Source of the DNA: Convolutriloba macropyga
Lineage: Eukaryota
Reading direction: 5' to 3'
Assembly: GCF_964194025.1 (NCBI RefSeq)
Contig: NC_134475.1
Location: forward strand, 13,330,001-13,394,000
DNA: 64,000 bases
Shown: positions 1 through 12,069 of the stretch, piece after piece
Layout of the letters: each line of letters opens with the position of its first letter
Position numbering within the stretch: the stretch's first letter is position 1
Translations under genes and position numbers: made by a program
Notes under the pieces: model-generated
Seen by the model: only the letters and a program-made list of their open reading frames with translations
Databases searched by the model: none
What the model was told of the DNA's origin: nothing

Positions 1-40
1 TATTTGTACTAGACTCGTCGGCAGCTACCGTAATGTTTTT

Positions 41-536
41 AATAGCCGCACAGCGATAGCTGGTGCTATTATTGGCCTTCTCTTGGTTTTTTTTTATTTC
101 GTCGTTATGATTTTTTTTACGACCATATGACGTTACAGCCACTTTTTGTTCATTCGTTCATGCAATTTCAACTGAATTGCATGTGTGACGTCATTTTTCG
201 CTCTTAGTGGAGCGAGTTTTTTTGTTCATGCACGTGATTAAATTTTTGGTCACACTTGACTTACCTCACTCTCAAAAATGATTTCCTCAGTTTGAAATTG
301 ACTTTTATTTACTTTAATTCAAAGAGATAAGGTCAAATGGGTGTGTGTTACTCTAAATGAAGGATATTTGAGATCAGCTAATAGAGGCAGCAATAACTTA
401 TACAGGTTTTTGATCAAAATATAACAGATCAGCCTTCAATGAAAGGACGAATTTTTTGGTCTGTCTTTTTACTGTTTTTTTAGACTGCCGATCTACGAAT
501 CTATTGCGGCTATTTTCTGGCAATCTGCCAGGTATG
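41..536 (+). mobile_element. HINE/Helentron-like non-autonomous element, family A (uninterrupted 'empty' copy)
   Basis: 5' AATAGCCGCA and 3' TGCGGCTATT subterminal inverted repeat, then hairpin CTGGCA-ATC-TGCCAG + GTATGTT; sits in a T-tract with no TSD; near-identical to 28799-28851 + 30650-31106. Confidence 0.75.
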
Positions 537-1944
537 TTTCTCATTTGTTCACAGTCTTCAGATTTAATTATTGAACTTGAGGTGGTACTTCATAAAATTA
601 AAATGGCAATAAGGGTGCAAGTTCTGTCGACAGCAATTGTCAAAACTTTGCAAGCGACATCAATTAGAAGTACTCGAGCCATTAATTTGCTCTGAGATAT
701 TCGAAGGTGCTCTTTTGTGTTGACTTTATTTGAAATACAATGAATTTTAATTTTTGATTGCCCTTAACCCTTAACGAAGTTCGAAGCAATTATTGCAGTC
801 GTGTCTTTTTAATGCCAAAATTGTGCATCATGAAAGCATTGGTTTTTTAACCTTTGTTTGCTTGACTTCTTTTTCGGTGGTCCTATTTAGTCTATCATTC
901 AGAGCTTAAGCAGCTGAATTCAACTGCCGAAAAATTATTGCTTTAAATAAAATCAAGAACGCGTCAAAAGTTTGTTTCTCTAAATTTCAACGAGCTGTTG
1001 CACAAGGATCAAGCGTTGGCCGTCTCTATTTTTAGAGCAATTTGTCAAACACTTTTTTTTACTGTGTGTTGTAGTTTGAACGGTTTACGGTTCTCGTCCT
1101 ATGATTTTTTGTTTTTGATCATGGAAACTCTAGTTTTCGATCTATTCAATTTTTGGTAACAGTGTTTGGTGCAAAGTTACGTTATTTGTTGTTCTAGTGA
1201 TTCTATTTTTCGTTGACGGGTTGCTTTTCAGGTTTTTTTTTATTCAATTTGTTTGGTTATTTTTGATAACTTTGAGATTTGGAAGAGATCTGATTGCTTT
1301 TAGTCTTTTTTGTCCTGTTTTATAATTTTTATCATAATTCCACGTCTGACTATACCAGTTTTCAAATATTTTTACGAACGATTATGCAATTGCTGAGAGT
1401 TCATAAATGATTTTTAAAAATTGACAATTTTCCTGAGAGTTAATGTAGCTATACACGTTTCATACCCTGCGTGGTGCGCCTATTTACTTTACAAACTGAC
1501 GTAACAAATGGACACTTAACGTAGCGATACTAATTTGATTACTCATTTGGAGAGTAAGTAGACCAGTTTGAGTAGTCTGCTAGCTTCCTCTGAAGTTTTT
1601 AATCACCGATATCTGATGGGGTTATTGGTCTCATAGAGGTTTTCATTACAATCTGTATGCAGAATAACATAACGATTCTGTTCAAGCAAGTTACAAAAAA
1701 AATAAAGTTTGCTGTCTTGTCCTGCACTAAATTGGTGAAATGACATTTTAACCAATGACAATTTACCCAGTGACCTTTAATCTCATCTTTCAATAAATCG
1801 ATTACAGTTTATCCATTGCTATTATAAGGATGTTTTAAGATATGGACAGTATAATTCAATATTCGGTTGTGATAGTTTCATATCAAGTCCCACGCGCCGC
1901 CGAGATATGGCCATTCTGCTAAAATTCGCGCTGCTAATTTTAAG

Positions 1945-2200
1945 ATAGGGTAAAACAAAGTTGCTATTGGGTAAAATGGCAGATTGGGTATAATGGCATT
2001 TGGAAAAATGGCAGATTGAGTATTATGGCAGTGGGTATAATGGCCATGAGAAAAATGGTAGATTGAGTATAATTGCATTGGGAAAAACAGCAGATTGGGT
2101 ATATTGGCATTGAGTATAGTGGCATTGGGTATAATAGCTTTGGGTAGAATGGCAGATTGGGTATTATGTCGTTGTTTAAAATGAAGTTGGGTAAATTGTC
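1945..2200. repeat. Minisatellite of 15-17-bp units (ATTGGGTATAATGGC[AG]), possibly the core of a small TIR element
   Basis: About 15 degenerate tandem units visible directly; weak flanking inverted motif GATATGGACA (~1839) / TGTCCTATGTC (~2198). Confidence 0.8.
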
Positions 2201-2281
2201 CTATGTCTATAGAATCCTTATCGGCTTAGAAAAGATGGACCATATCATTAAAAATTTTTACATTGGGGTTTTAAGATTGTT

Positions 2282-3862
2282 AATCGATCTCAAATGGAAT
2301 TTGTGGCAATTACATTAGTCCTACTGGTATTTACATGCAATTCTTTGTACTACTGGCCTTAAGTGTGATTTTTACAATCCAAGAATTGGATTGTATTGGG
2401 GCTCTGTCGTTTTTTTGTAAGATGTTATCACACATTTTTCAATGACTTTGATCTTTCAAAACCAGATAAACACGTTAGGCCTCAGTGGGCATTAAGCTTC
2501 ATTAGAGGCCCAAAGCTGGTTTTAGTAGTCCTTTAAGTGCTTAGTGTTGCAGTTGCTGTGAATTACTTAACTCTAGGTTAAAAGATCATGTTTAGGAGTT
2601 TTTGAGCCCAAAATGGTGCAATTTTTTTAAACGTTTTCCCATCATTTTTCGAGTTGTTTGTTTGAGTAGTCTTGAATTGACGTTTGTCAAAAGTTGGAAA
2701 AGGTCTTTTGCAAGATATTCTTTTTATGGACATTTTATAAGCTATATGTTTTGGTACTGCAAGCATAAACACGAAAAATAATACTAATTTTTGCATTTTA
2801 AGTGTTTAAATTTTTTTTTTCGTTTTTTTTTAGTCTCCAGGGCCATCAAACCTTCTTTCAGGTTTCATAATAGGTTATTGCATAGTTTTCAGTGGCAATG
2901 GTTTTCAACATTTTAAAATAACGTTTTTTACTAATATCTTGATAAAGCTTGCATTTTTTCAAGTTCTTACAGCGTCAGAGGCCAGAAAACCTCCTCTAGG
3001 GCCTGTAATGGTTTACAGCATTTGTTTTTTAATTGGCAATAGAATTGGCAATTTTGTACCCTTTCATATCATGATTTTTTGATATTTTTCGATAAAATTG
3101 ACAATAAAATTGGCAAGTTTTTTGAAAGTTTTTCTGTTGTTCAGTTTTTTTCCTCAGCGAACAGGTTGCGACCTGTAGTTTTTGATCGCATATTAGTGCA
3201 TAGTTGCCAGGAGCAATGGATTGATTTTCAGCATTTTTGTAGCAAAATTTTTGTAATTTTTTGATAAAATTTGAAATTGTGAAATTTTCTCAAAATTAGT
3301 GTAATGTTCCTATTATATCGATCTTTGAGGCAATGAAACTTTTTAAGGCTTGCAATTAGGTTACCGAATAGCCTATGGAAAAAATAAAATGGTTCTGAGG
3401 AAATCATATCACAAGTTTTAGCAAATTTTTTAATCAAAATTTGCCATTGTTTTCAAATTTTTTGAAATTTTTTTGATATTAAGTTTATCGATCTTCAAGG
3501 GCCAATGAAGTCAATCGACTTGTTGTCCTCAGAAACGCGATAAACAGTTGAAGCCTGGGAGGACTTTATGGCTTACGAAGTATGCGATTCACCGATTTTT
3601 TAAGAGGCAAAAAATTCATGGTGTGCAGAGCTTACATCCGCCTCCCTCCCTCAAAAATCCAAACCCGCCACAATTCTCCCTTCCACCTCCCATAACCCCT
3701 CAAGCTCGAACCCTCACTTGCAAAAAGTACACACGCGGCTCAGACCACCTCCCCTCCACTTTTTCAGTTTAAGCTAGCCTCCCTAAGCCGTAGCTAGTTA
3801 ATGAGGAAGCCCGCCGCTCGATAGTCGTTTCAGAGTAATTCGGTTGGCTTTAGTCTGTTATG
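2282..3862 (+). mobile_element. Degenerate HINE family E element containing a family D 5' end and a ~170-bp degenerate repeat body
   Basis: 5' end resembles 36544 (..ctcaaatggaatttgtggcaatt); family D hairpin TACAATCCAAGAATTGGATTGTA at ~2373; body similar to 15010-16460; C-rich tract and 3' end gtcgtttcagagtaatt...ttatgttt. Confidence 0.55.
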
Positions 3863-4047
3863 TTTAAGATTGTTTGAGTGGTTTGAGTGAGCGCGGGCAC
3901 GGCTACAGAAGATTAGGACATTTTGATTACAACGCATCTGGCGATTTATAATGGTATGTGTGAATTGTGTGCACATTTTGACGAGGATCCCATTCTATAA
4001 TTAATTGTTGAAGTCATTTTATGAGATGTTTTCTTTATAGAGTAGTG

Positions 4048-5580
4048 ATGTCTTTGGAAATCGAATCTTCCGATGTTGTTCGTCTTATTGAACAGTTTCT
4101 AAAAGAGAACAACCTGAAGCGAACTTTACAAGTCTTGCAAGAAGAAAGTACCATCTCTCTAAATACAGTTGATAATCTTGAAAAATTCACAACTGATATC
4201 ATATCAGGCCACTGGGACATAGTCTTGGAAGCTATTCAACCGCTAAAGTTACCCGATAAAACTTTGATCGAATTGTATGAACAAATTGTGCTTGAATTGA
4301 TAGAGTTGCGAGAATTAGGAGCTGCAAGGACGCTTCTAAGACAAACGGAACCTATGAAGCTTATGAAACAGCAGTTCCCGGACCGGTTTGTGAATTTGGA
4401 AAATCTGCTAACTCGGTCTTATTTTGACCCTCGAGAAGTTTATACTGGAGGTAGTTCGAAGGAGAAACGAAGACAAGCTATAGCTGAGGCCTTGTCCAAT
4501 GAAGTGACTGTTGTACCGTCATCAAGATTACTTGCCCTACTGACCCAGGCCCTCAAATGGCAGCAGTATCAAGGATTACTACCTCCTGGAACTGTTATTG
4601 ACGTGTTCCGAGGCAAGGCTGCCGTCAAAGAGCTGGAGGAGGAAAAGTACCCAACTCAAATGTCCAAGTTGATCAAGTTCGGCCAGGCATCTCATGTGGA
4701 ATGTTGTACATTCTCACCTGATGGTCAATATTTGGTAACCGGAAGTGTTGATGGCTTCATTGAAGTGTGGAATTTTCAGACTGGAAAAATAAGAAAAGAT
4801 TTGAAATATCAAGCTGCCGAGAATTTTATGCTAATGGACGATGCAGTATTGTGCCTGGCCTTTAGCACAGATTCTGAAATGCTTGCCAGTGGTTCTCAAG
4901 ATGGGAAGATTAAAGTGTGGAAAATTCAAACTGGACAATGCTTGCGTCGATTTGAGAAAGCGCACAGCAAAGGTGTGACTTCTGTGACATTCTCTAAAGA
5001 CTCAAGTCAGTTATTGACCGGGTCATTTGACCAGTTGATAAGAATTCAAGGTCTGAAATCGGGCAAAATCCTGAAAGAGTTCAAAGGACATTCATCGTTC
5101 GTGAATTGCGCAATATTTTCAGCTGACGGCCATTATATTCTTAGTGCTTCTTCGGACGGTTCTGTCAAGATTTGGAGTGTCAAAACAAATGAATGCATCA
5201 ATACTTTCAAATCAATCGGAGGAGGAGATATTCCAGTCAACAGTGTCCATCTGCTGGCTAAAAATGCAGACCATTTTGTAGTGTGCAATAAGTCTAGTAC
5301 TTTGGTAATCATGAACATCCAAGGCCACGTTGTGAGAAGTTTTACCTCAGGAAAGCGAGAGGGAGGAGATTTCTGTTGTTGTACCGTATCGCCTCGGGGG
5401 GAATGGGTGTACTGTATTGCTGATGACAAAGTGCTCTATTGCTTCAGTACTACAACAGGAAAACTAGAAAGAACTTTGACTGTGCACGAGAAAGATGTGA
5501 TTGGTATTTCACACCATCCGCACAATAATCTTATTTCAACCTTCGCCGAAGACGGTTTGCTCAAGCTGTGGAAACCGTAA
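4048..5580 (+). CDS. SMU1: WD40 repeat-containing splicing factor SMU1 (LisH/CTLH + WD40), 510 aa, intronless CDS
   Basis: [21 protein letters not shown]...LLKLWKP matches the SMU1 family end to end; start placed at 4048 because the conserved N-terminus begins there and a GT..AG 5'UTR intron (3954-4040) covers the ORF-finder ATG at 4021. Confidence 0.96.
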   Translation: MSLEIESSDVVRLIEQFLKENNLKRTLQVLQEESTISLNTVDNLEKFTTDIISGHWDIVLEAIQPLKLPDKTLIELYEQIVLELIELRELGAARTLLRQTEPMKLMKQQFPDRFVNLENLLTRSYFDPREVYTGGSSKEKRRQAIAEALSNEVTVVPSSRLLALLTQALKWQQYQGLLPPGTVIDVFRGKAAVKELEEEKYPTQMSKLIKFGQASHVECCTFSPDGQYLVTGSVDGFIEVWNFQTGKIRKDLKYQAAENFMLMDDAVLCLAFSTDSEMLASGSQDGKIKVWKIQTGQCLRRFEKAHSKGVTSVTFSKDSSQLLTGSFDQLIRIQGLKSGKILKEFKGHSSFVNCAIFSADGHYILSASSDGSVKIWSVKTNECINTFKSIGGGDIPVNSVHLLAKNADHFVVCNKSSTLVIMNIQGHVVRSFTSGKREGGDFCCCTVSPRGEWVYCIADDKVLYCFSTTTGKLERTLTVHEKDVIGISHHPHNNLISTFAEDGLLKLWKP

Positions 5581-6501
5581 AACAGGAAAAGAAAGCATTT
5601 AACACAAAATTGATACAAACTCGTTTCTCCGAGAAGCATCACAAACCCTTTGAACAAAGTTGCACCCCACGCATTAATAAAAAAGTAGGGTTGAAGTTAC
5701 CGAGATCGTTTAACTCATTATTCAAGATGAAACTTCGAGATTTTTAATGAATTATTCGAGATTTTTAATTTGACATAATAAAAGTTGGATTGATCAGAAA
5801 TTGGCCATAGTAAAAATGCAGGATTGACATATGAGGATTCAGTGTTGATTAACTATGATCCGTGAAAATAGATTTTAGATAAATAGAAAGTATAATTATG
5901 AAAAATAAGCGGGGTTTGTGGATTGAAGCAAGGCAGTTATTTCATATGAATTATTAAAACTACCATTTGATAATATATGACAAATAGTTCTTTTTAAATA
6001 ATTTCTCTGTTTTTGTCGAATTGATTGTACTGTTCTCAATTTTTTCTCTATGGAATTTATATACAGTAAGGTAATGGTTTTTCTGTTTATCTGCAGTTTA
6101 TGTTTTAGCGATTGTTTCCACAGCCATTTTGTCTCAATTCTCGCTGTTTGAGCAAACATCAAAAAAGTAAGCAGCGCTTTGTCAATTTTTTTCATTGAAC
6201 TTGCAAAATAGCTGCTGGTTGTTTTGAACAATTGATGTCACACATCTTATCACGCTGTTAAGCATTCGATGTTAGTAACGGAAGCAGGAAGATAAATTTT
6301 AGCTAAAACAGTAAAATACGAAACCATTCAAGTTAGTCAATTTGCTAAATTAACTTGGAGACTCAATTATTTCCAGATTGATTTGACTCATTTATTGAGG
6401 CCTTTGTTATTTTGTTGCTGACCTGAAGACATTCTGAAGATTGTCTTCACACCACTGAACTTGTGGAGTTCGCTCACGTTTGTTTCTATTATTTGCTAAT
6501 T

Positions 6502-6663
6502 ATGTCATCACCAAAAAAGACCGAAACCAACTCGCCTAAGAAGAAGTCTGTTGCGACCGAACTTGAGGAGCTTAATAATAATAATAATCACGCTCACTCG
6601 GAAGAGGTCAACGGGAAAAACATTGAAGATGATGACGACGAAATGGCTGAAGATGAATATGAG
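6502..6663 (+). CDS. HP1: HP1/chromobox protein exon 1 (acidic N-terminus ending ..EDEYE)
   Basis: ATG at 6502; acidic tract followed by EYE, the start of a chromodomain; phase-0 donor GAG|GTAGGC. Confidence 0.85.
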
Positions 6664-6879
6664 GTAGGCGAACGCAGTTTACAGAACCTTAAAAGCCGCT
6701 TGAACTCAAGATTTTTGTTTTTATGAAGAAAAATTTTTAAATTGTTTTGGACCACACGACGCCCTTCATTCCCACCCCCCACCCCACATCACTTTTGGAC
6801 TCTGATGTGGAGACGTAAATTTAACCTGTAAAGTGCAATTTTGTGTCATTTGATACCCCCTTCACATTTATGCCCCCTT

Positions 6880-7130
6880 CCAGGAATATTATGTGCGTGC
6901 AAAACATTCCAATCAAAATTATAATGATTATGTATGGTTTAGTATCAGAAAATAGTTGCGGCGATCAGAAAATTCAGAAGCACATGTTTTTCTTGTAAGT
7001 CACTGATTTCCGGATGTCATGAAACTGGTTGACGTCGCGGATTATTGTTGAAACTAACTGTGTGAACTTGTATCCAAAACAAACGGATGTATTTTTTGAT
7101 GTATGATTTCTGACATTCAAATAAAAGTAG
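6880..7130. repeat. ~250-bp direct repeat, copy 1 (LTR or 3' UTR of the copia element)
   Basis: Aligns by eye with 11821-12069, with many substitutions. Confidence 0.8.
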
Positions 7131-10100
7131 TATGTCATCTTTGTCTTTTGCTACCGAGAAGGTGGTGCTGTAATTTCTCGGTTTCAATTTTACCGAGATT
7201 TTTTGTTAGCATGTCAGCTGCTTGTTTGTCTGTAGGAATATACTCTAACTTCAGTATACCTCTCTGGCACATATCTCTAAGATACTGTATTTTGATTGCA
7301 AAATGCTTAGTTTTACTATGGTGAGAAATTTGCTTACTTCATGCAATACAGGCTTAATTATCAAGAAACAAATTAGGCCGGCTTGGTACAGGAAGGTTGA
7401 GTTCAGCTAAAATACCCTTCAAGTATCACATTTCTTGAGCAGCTGAAACACATGCGTAAACTTCAGCCTCCGCTGAACATGTATCAATACTGTTTTGGAT
7501 TTTACTTGCCCAACTAATTGAGCCAGAATTTGTGCACATTTATAAAAGAACCCCGATGTTCCCAGCCCAGTCAGAGTCGCTATAACCAGCCAAATTGTCA
7601 ACCACTGATGTCCCTTTCCTGAAAGATAGATTTAGATGTTTTGTACCTTTTAAATATCTTAGTACATGTTAAGCAGCAATCTATTGCTCCATTTGTGGCA
7701 TTTCAAGGAAAGAACAAAGCATGCGCCGCCTGTGAAAGATCTGGTCGTGTTGATAGTGCAAAATAGTTAAGGCTCCCAACAAAACTCCGATAAGTTGTAT
7801 TGTCAATATCAGGTTTATCAATGTGCAAACTTGGTGAATTTTTGTTTTTCTGCAAGAGGTGTCGATACACTTTTGCAGTCGCTCATTCCATATTTTATCA
7901 GGAGGTTATCAAATGATTTTTCGTGACTAATTTCAACTATCCCATCGGAGAACTCAAATTTCATTCTCAAAAACCATTTGAGATCAGAACATTCACTGAT
8001 AATGAATTTTTTGACATCTTTCCCTCAAACCATTGATAAAAATCAGTTTCCGGACAATAGAAAATAATATCATCTACCCAAACGCAAATCATTGCCAAAA
8101 TGCTTTTCCGTTTTTTGATGAATAAAAAAAAGATCATTTATGCATGTTTCAAAGCCTATGGTTTCCAAATGTTCTTTAAAAGTATGGAACCAATTTCTTC
8201 CTAACTGTTTCAAACCGTAAATGCTGTTGTTCAAATTACAAACTAATGGATTACCATCTGGGTCAAGTCTTACAAAACCCTCAGTTGAAAAATGTATACA
8301 TTTTCTTCAGTTGGTACATTCAAGTACGCTGTCTTGATGTCCATTTCGTTGTGAAGACCACCTAAATTTGCCACTATTTGAAGTATGATACGTATGGTAC
8401 TCAGTCTAGTAGTTGGTGAGTATGTGTCTTCGTAGTCAATACCTTGTTGTTGACTATAACCTTTTGCCACAAAACGTGCTTTGTGTTTAGTGACATTACC
8501 ATCACTACCATATTTTTTAGCAAAATTCCATTTGCTCCCAATTGCTTTTACAATTTCTGGAAGAGGAACTAACTCCCAAACGTGGTTTTCAACTAACGAA
8601 TTATATTCTTGCTGCATTGCGTATCGCCTGTTTTCATTTGTCAGGGCTTCTTGAGTGTTTCAAGGCAGTTCAGCTTATCATTACAAGATTTCTTCCACTT
8701 CTGCAGAGAACTCAAACTAATTAGTATTCCGGTTAAGTCGAGCAGATCTACGAAGAGGTGATAAATAACTGTCTACTGTCTCCTCGTTCAGGATTGCAAT
8801 GGGTTCATTGCAAAAATCTGTCTCATTAACATAACCAAAGTTAATATTTGCTACTGAGGGATCTTCCGAAGAATGTTGAATGTGATCGTTTTAAGCTTTG
8901 CAAAATATCACATCCTGAATATTCATACTGAGTTTTTTTTTAAACCTTGTAGCTCGCTTGCTCGTTTGAAATTCATATAATAAACCTTTTGCTGTTATTT
9001 GAAAATCCAACAAAAACTCCGGAGCACGATGATCAAGTTTCCCCGAAACTGTTTTGAATGTAGCTAAAGGCCTTACAGCCAAAAACCTCTACAAAAGAAA
9101 CGTTTGGTTTGGATCCATACATTTTTTGTAAGGTGTTTCTCCAATTGCCGAGTGAAAACAGTAGTTTTTGGTGTAAAAAGCGTTGTTCATTGCATAGGTC
9201 CAGTGTTCTTTTCCCAATCCTGCGTTATCCAACAGACATCTTGTCATGCCGGTAGTAGTCCACCATTTTCTCTGTATTTTACCTTTTTCTGGCGTATAAG
9301 CAGCTGAATTTTCAAGTCTCACCTTATTTTCACAACAGAACCTGGAAAATTGACTAGAGGAAAACTGTCGCGCCGTCACAAGTGTTTGAGGTGTACCTAA
9401 ATCTGCGCAAAGCTGTTGTAAATACTGGAGGCATTCGTCGCGAGTCTGTCTAAAGTAAACTTTCGAATATCTGGAAAATCTGTCGGTAAATGAAATACAG
9501 GTGTTACTGGTCATAAAATTTCAACATGAACAATATCAAGCGCATTGTTGGCTCTGTCAACGCCTTATTTTGGAAGTCGTTTACGTTTTGCGTTGTTTAA
9601 TTCACAAGTGCCGCAATCCAATTCGCTGCTATCATTTTTGTCACTTGGCATCCCATCAACATGGTTTTGCAGTTTTATCAAATCCTGAAAATTATTCTGA
9701 CCTAATCTGTCAGTCTCATGATTGATAAACTTAGCACGCCGCTGGAATAGATTGTTCTCTTGCATCAATGGAAAAACAGTGCCATCTCTTGTTGTTATCT
9801 GATCGTTTTCTCTAAATTCCACTTTATTACCAGATTTTTTTAATTTACTGAAATTAAATTCCTCCGGGAAACAAAAAAAATCGGGAACAAAAAGAGAAGA
9901 GCTTCTGACCACGTTATTTTTGCTCTCGTTCCATTATCCTCACACGCATAAAATTCAGCCCTACCTTTTCCTTGGATTTCGGATTCTGAATTGTTTGCAC
10001 AGCCAACAAAACAAATCCCGAAGAATTTTCATCTAATGTAGCGAACATTTCGCGATCTTTGAACATGTAATTTTTATATCCTGAATCAATTATTATATCA

Positions 10101-11820
10101 CTTATTCGTAGCTAAAGCATTGTTATCACTACTTGCAAAAAAAGCAAAGTTTTTTTTCATAAGTTGAGTTCATTTCCCGAAGTAAATTAGCTGTTTCAAT
10201 GTTACTGGTACCATTTTTAAGTTAACAACATTTGCTGCAGTCATGGTTGTTGATTTTGCAAAAAGAACAGTACTTTTTGTTTTGGTTTGCGGCAATCGTT
10301 TGCTAGGTGATCTAAAATACCACAATGATGACATTTCTTGTTTCTTTTGTTAGAATCTTTTGACCAACAAAACGCTTGCTTACGACCCATTTTACCACAG
10401 AAATTACATTTCAATTTTGGGTTTTGTCTATTATTGCCGAAGAACGTACACTCCAGACACTCAACATTGCTACGTTGTGTTTTATCATATTCAAAATTTA
10501 CTAAATCTCATACTATCCAGATTTTGTTCATCCTTACTGAATTTGCAAATTGTTTCAAAATTACCAAAATCTTTTGTGAGAACTGTCAAAATAGTAGAAA
10601 TAAGCATGGGCTCACTGACTTGTTCATCAACTTCTCTTAAATTACTTTGCAACTCTTCAAACCGTGTGATATAATCAAAAACACTTTCATTTGCTATTAT
10701 TTTCAATTTAGTCAATTTTTCATTCAATTGCTGGAGGCGAGGCCGTTCACAACTTTCATATCTATCACACATTACACATTACGGCCCAAGCCTTTGGACA
10801 ATCTTCTTTGTAAGGTCTCAAAAACATTGCAGAACGTTTTTCAAGTAATTGTATGATCTCACACCAAACACGCATCTTTAACTCATCGTATTTTTCCGGA
10901 GCTTATTTCTAAGTTTGGCTTCCTCGGAAGCATTAGGTTTCAATTTTTTTTAAGCTCAGTTTCATCACATTGCCCTTTTAAAACTCCTAAAAGTTTCATT
11001 TGTAACATCTTTGCTTCAAATTGATCCTGAAAATAAGCAAAGCCTGTATCGCACTGTGTAAAACTTGCAATGTTATGTTAATGTTTCAAATGACTATTGC
11101 AGTAGTTAGAACATGTTATGAAAAACGAGTTTCTTGTGCATATTATACCTCGGAATCAAGAATCAGAAAATTTGAACTTATTTGAGTGACTGGTATTTTC
11201 TATCTCTTAAGAATTCCCTTAAATTGTGTGCGTTTTAGCCGGAAAAGGCAAACACCACTTTCATTATGAAATTTTTTGCTGTATCAAAAAACTGTTAGAT
11301 GACTGCAAAATCTGTCAATATTCTATTACATGAATACTCAGATTTTTTCTGTATCAGGGATGAATAGTTGGCAATATTCCGACAATTGTTTGTTCATATT
11401 GAAAAAGTTGTCAACATGAGAAAATAAAATATTAATCTCCCCAGCTTCAGCATACAATATGTTCCGTGAATACAAGAAATACTGTGGATATGCTGTCGAC
11501 GTGATATCAGCTCCGCATTGTCTGTGATAGAATATCTTCTGTGTTTCTAATTATTTTCAGTTAACAAAATCTATCACAGAAAATTTTGGACATGTATCTT
11601 TAAACCAATGATTATCTTCGATACCTTCAATTTGCAGTTGGAATTTCGACTTTCAATACTTTGAAAACTGCAGAATACAATGTTGCTGTTTTTTAGATTA
11701 AAAAAATCGAGCATGAAAAAGATAAGAAATGCGCGTTACTTTTTCCCTTTTTTGATGATTAATCGTAGGGATTTTAATTTCCTGGGCCCGTAACCTATCA
11801 AGGTTATGTGACGGTAGGGC

Positions 11821-12069
11821 CCAGGATTCTAATGTGCGTATAGAACATTTCAATCAAAATTATAATGGTTATGTATGTTATTGTACTAGAATATAATTGA
11901 GGCGATCAGAAAGTTCAGAAGCAGATGTTTTTCTTGTAAGTTACGGATTTCTTGATGTCATGAAACTGGTTGACTATTCGCGGATCATTGTTGAAACTGT
12001 GTGAACTCGTATCGAAAACAAACGGATGTGTTTTTTGATGTATGACTTCTGACATTCGACTAAAATTAG
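11821..12069. repeat. ~250-bp direct repeat, copy 2
   Basis: Aligns by eye with 6880-7130. Confidence 0.8.

Larger units (their letters stand above)
6880..12069 (-). mobile_element. Decayed Ty1/copia retrotransposon in HP1 intron 1
   Basis: On the - strand in order: tRNAiMet-fragment-type PBS GGTTACGGGCCCAG (11795-11782), gag CCHC knuckle CHHCGILDHLANDC (~10300), protease IDSG (~10085), integrase (9089-9514), RT KARFVAKGYSQ/MDIKTAYLN/WVDD (8070-8617), RNase H ADMLTK (~7210); many stops and frameshifts. Confidence 0.93.

Noticed and set aside
1945-2200. Regular short repeats as a CRISPR-like array
   Set aside because: Units abut with no unique spacers, the context is eukaryotic and there are no cas genes
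4021-4047. N-terminal extension MRCFLYRVV of SMU1
   Set aside because: Overlaps the pyrimidine tract/AG of a probable 5'UTR intron; conservation begins at MSLEIES
4048-5580. Functional link between SMU1 and the nearby non-canonical splice sites
   Set aside because: SMU1 looks highly conserved and acts in trans; proximity is no evidence
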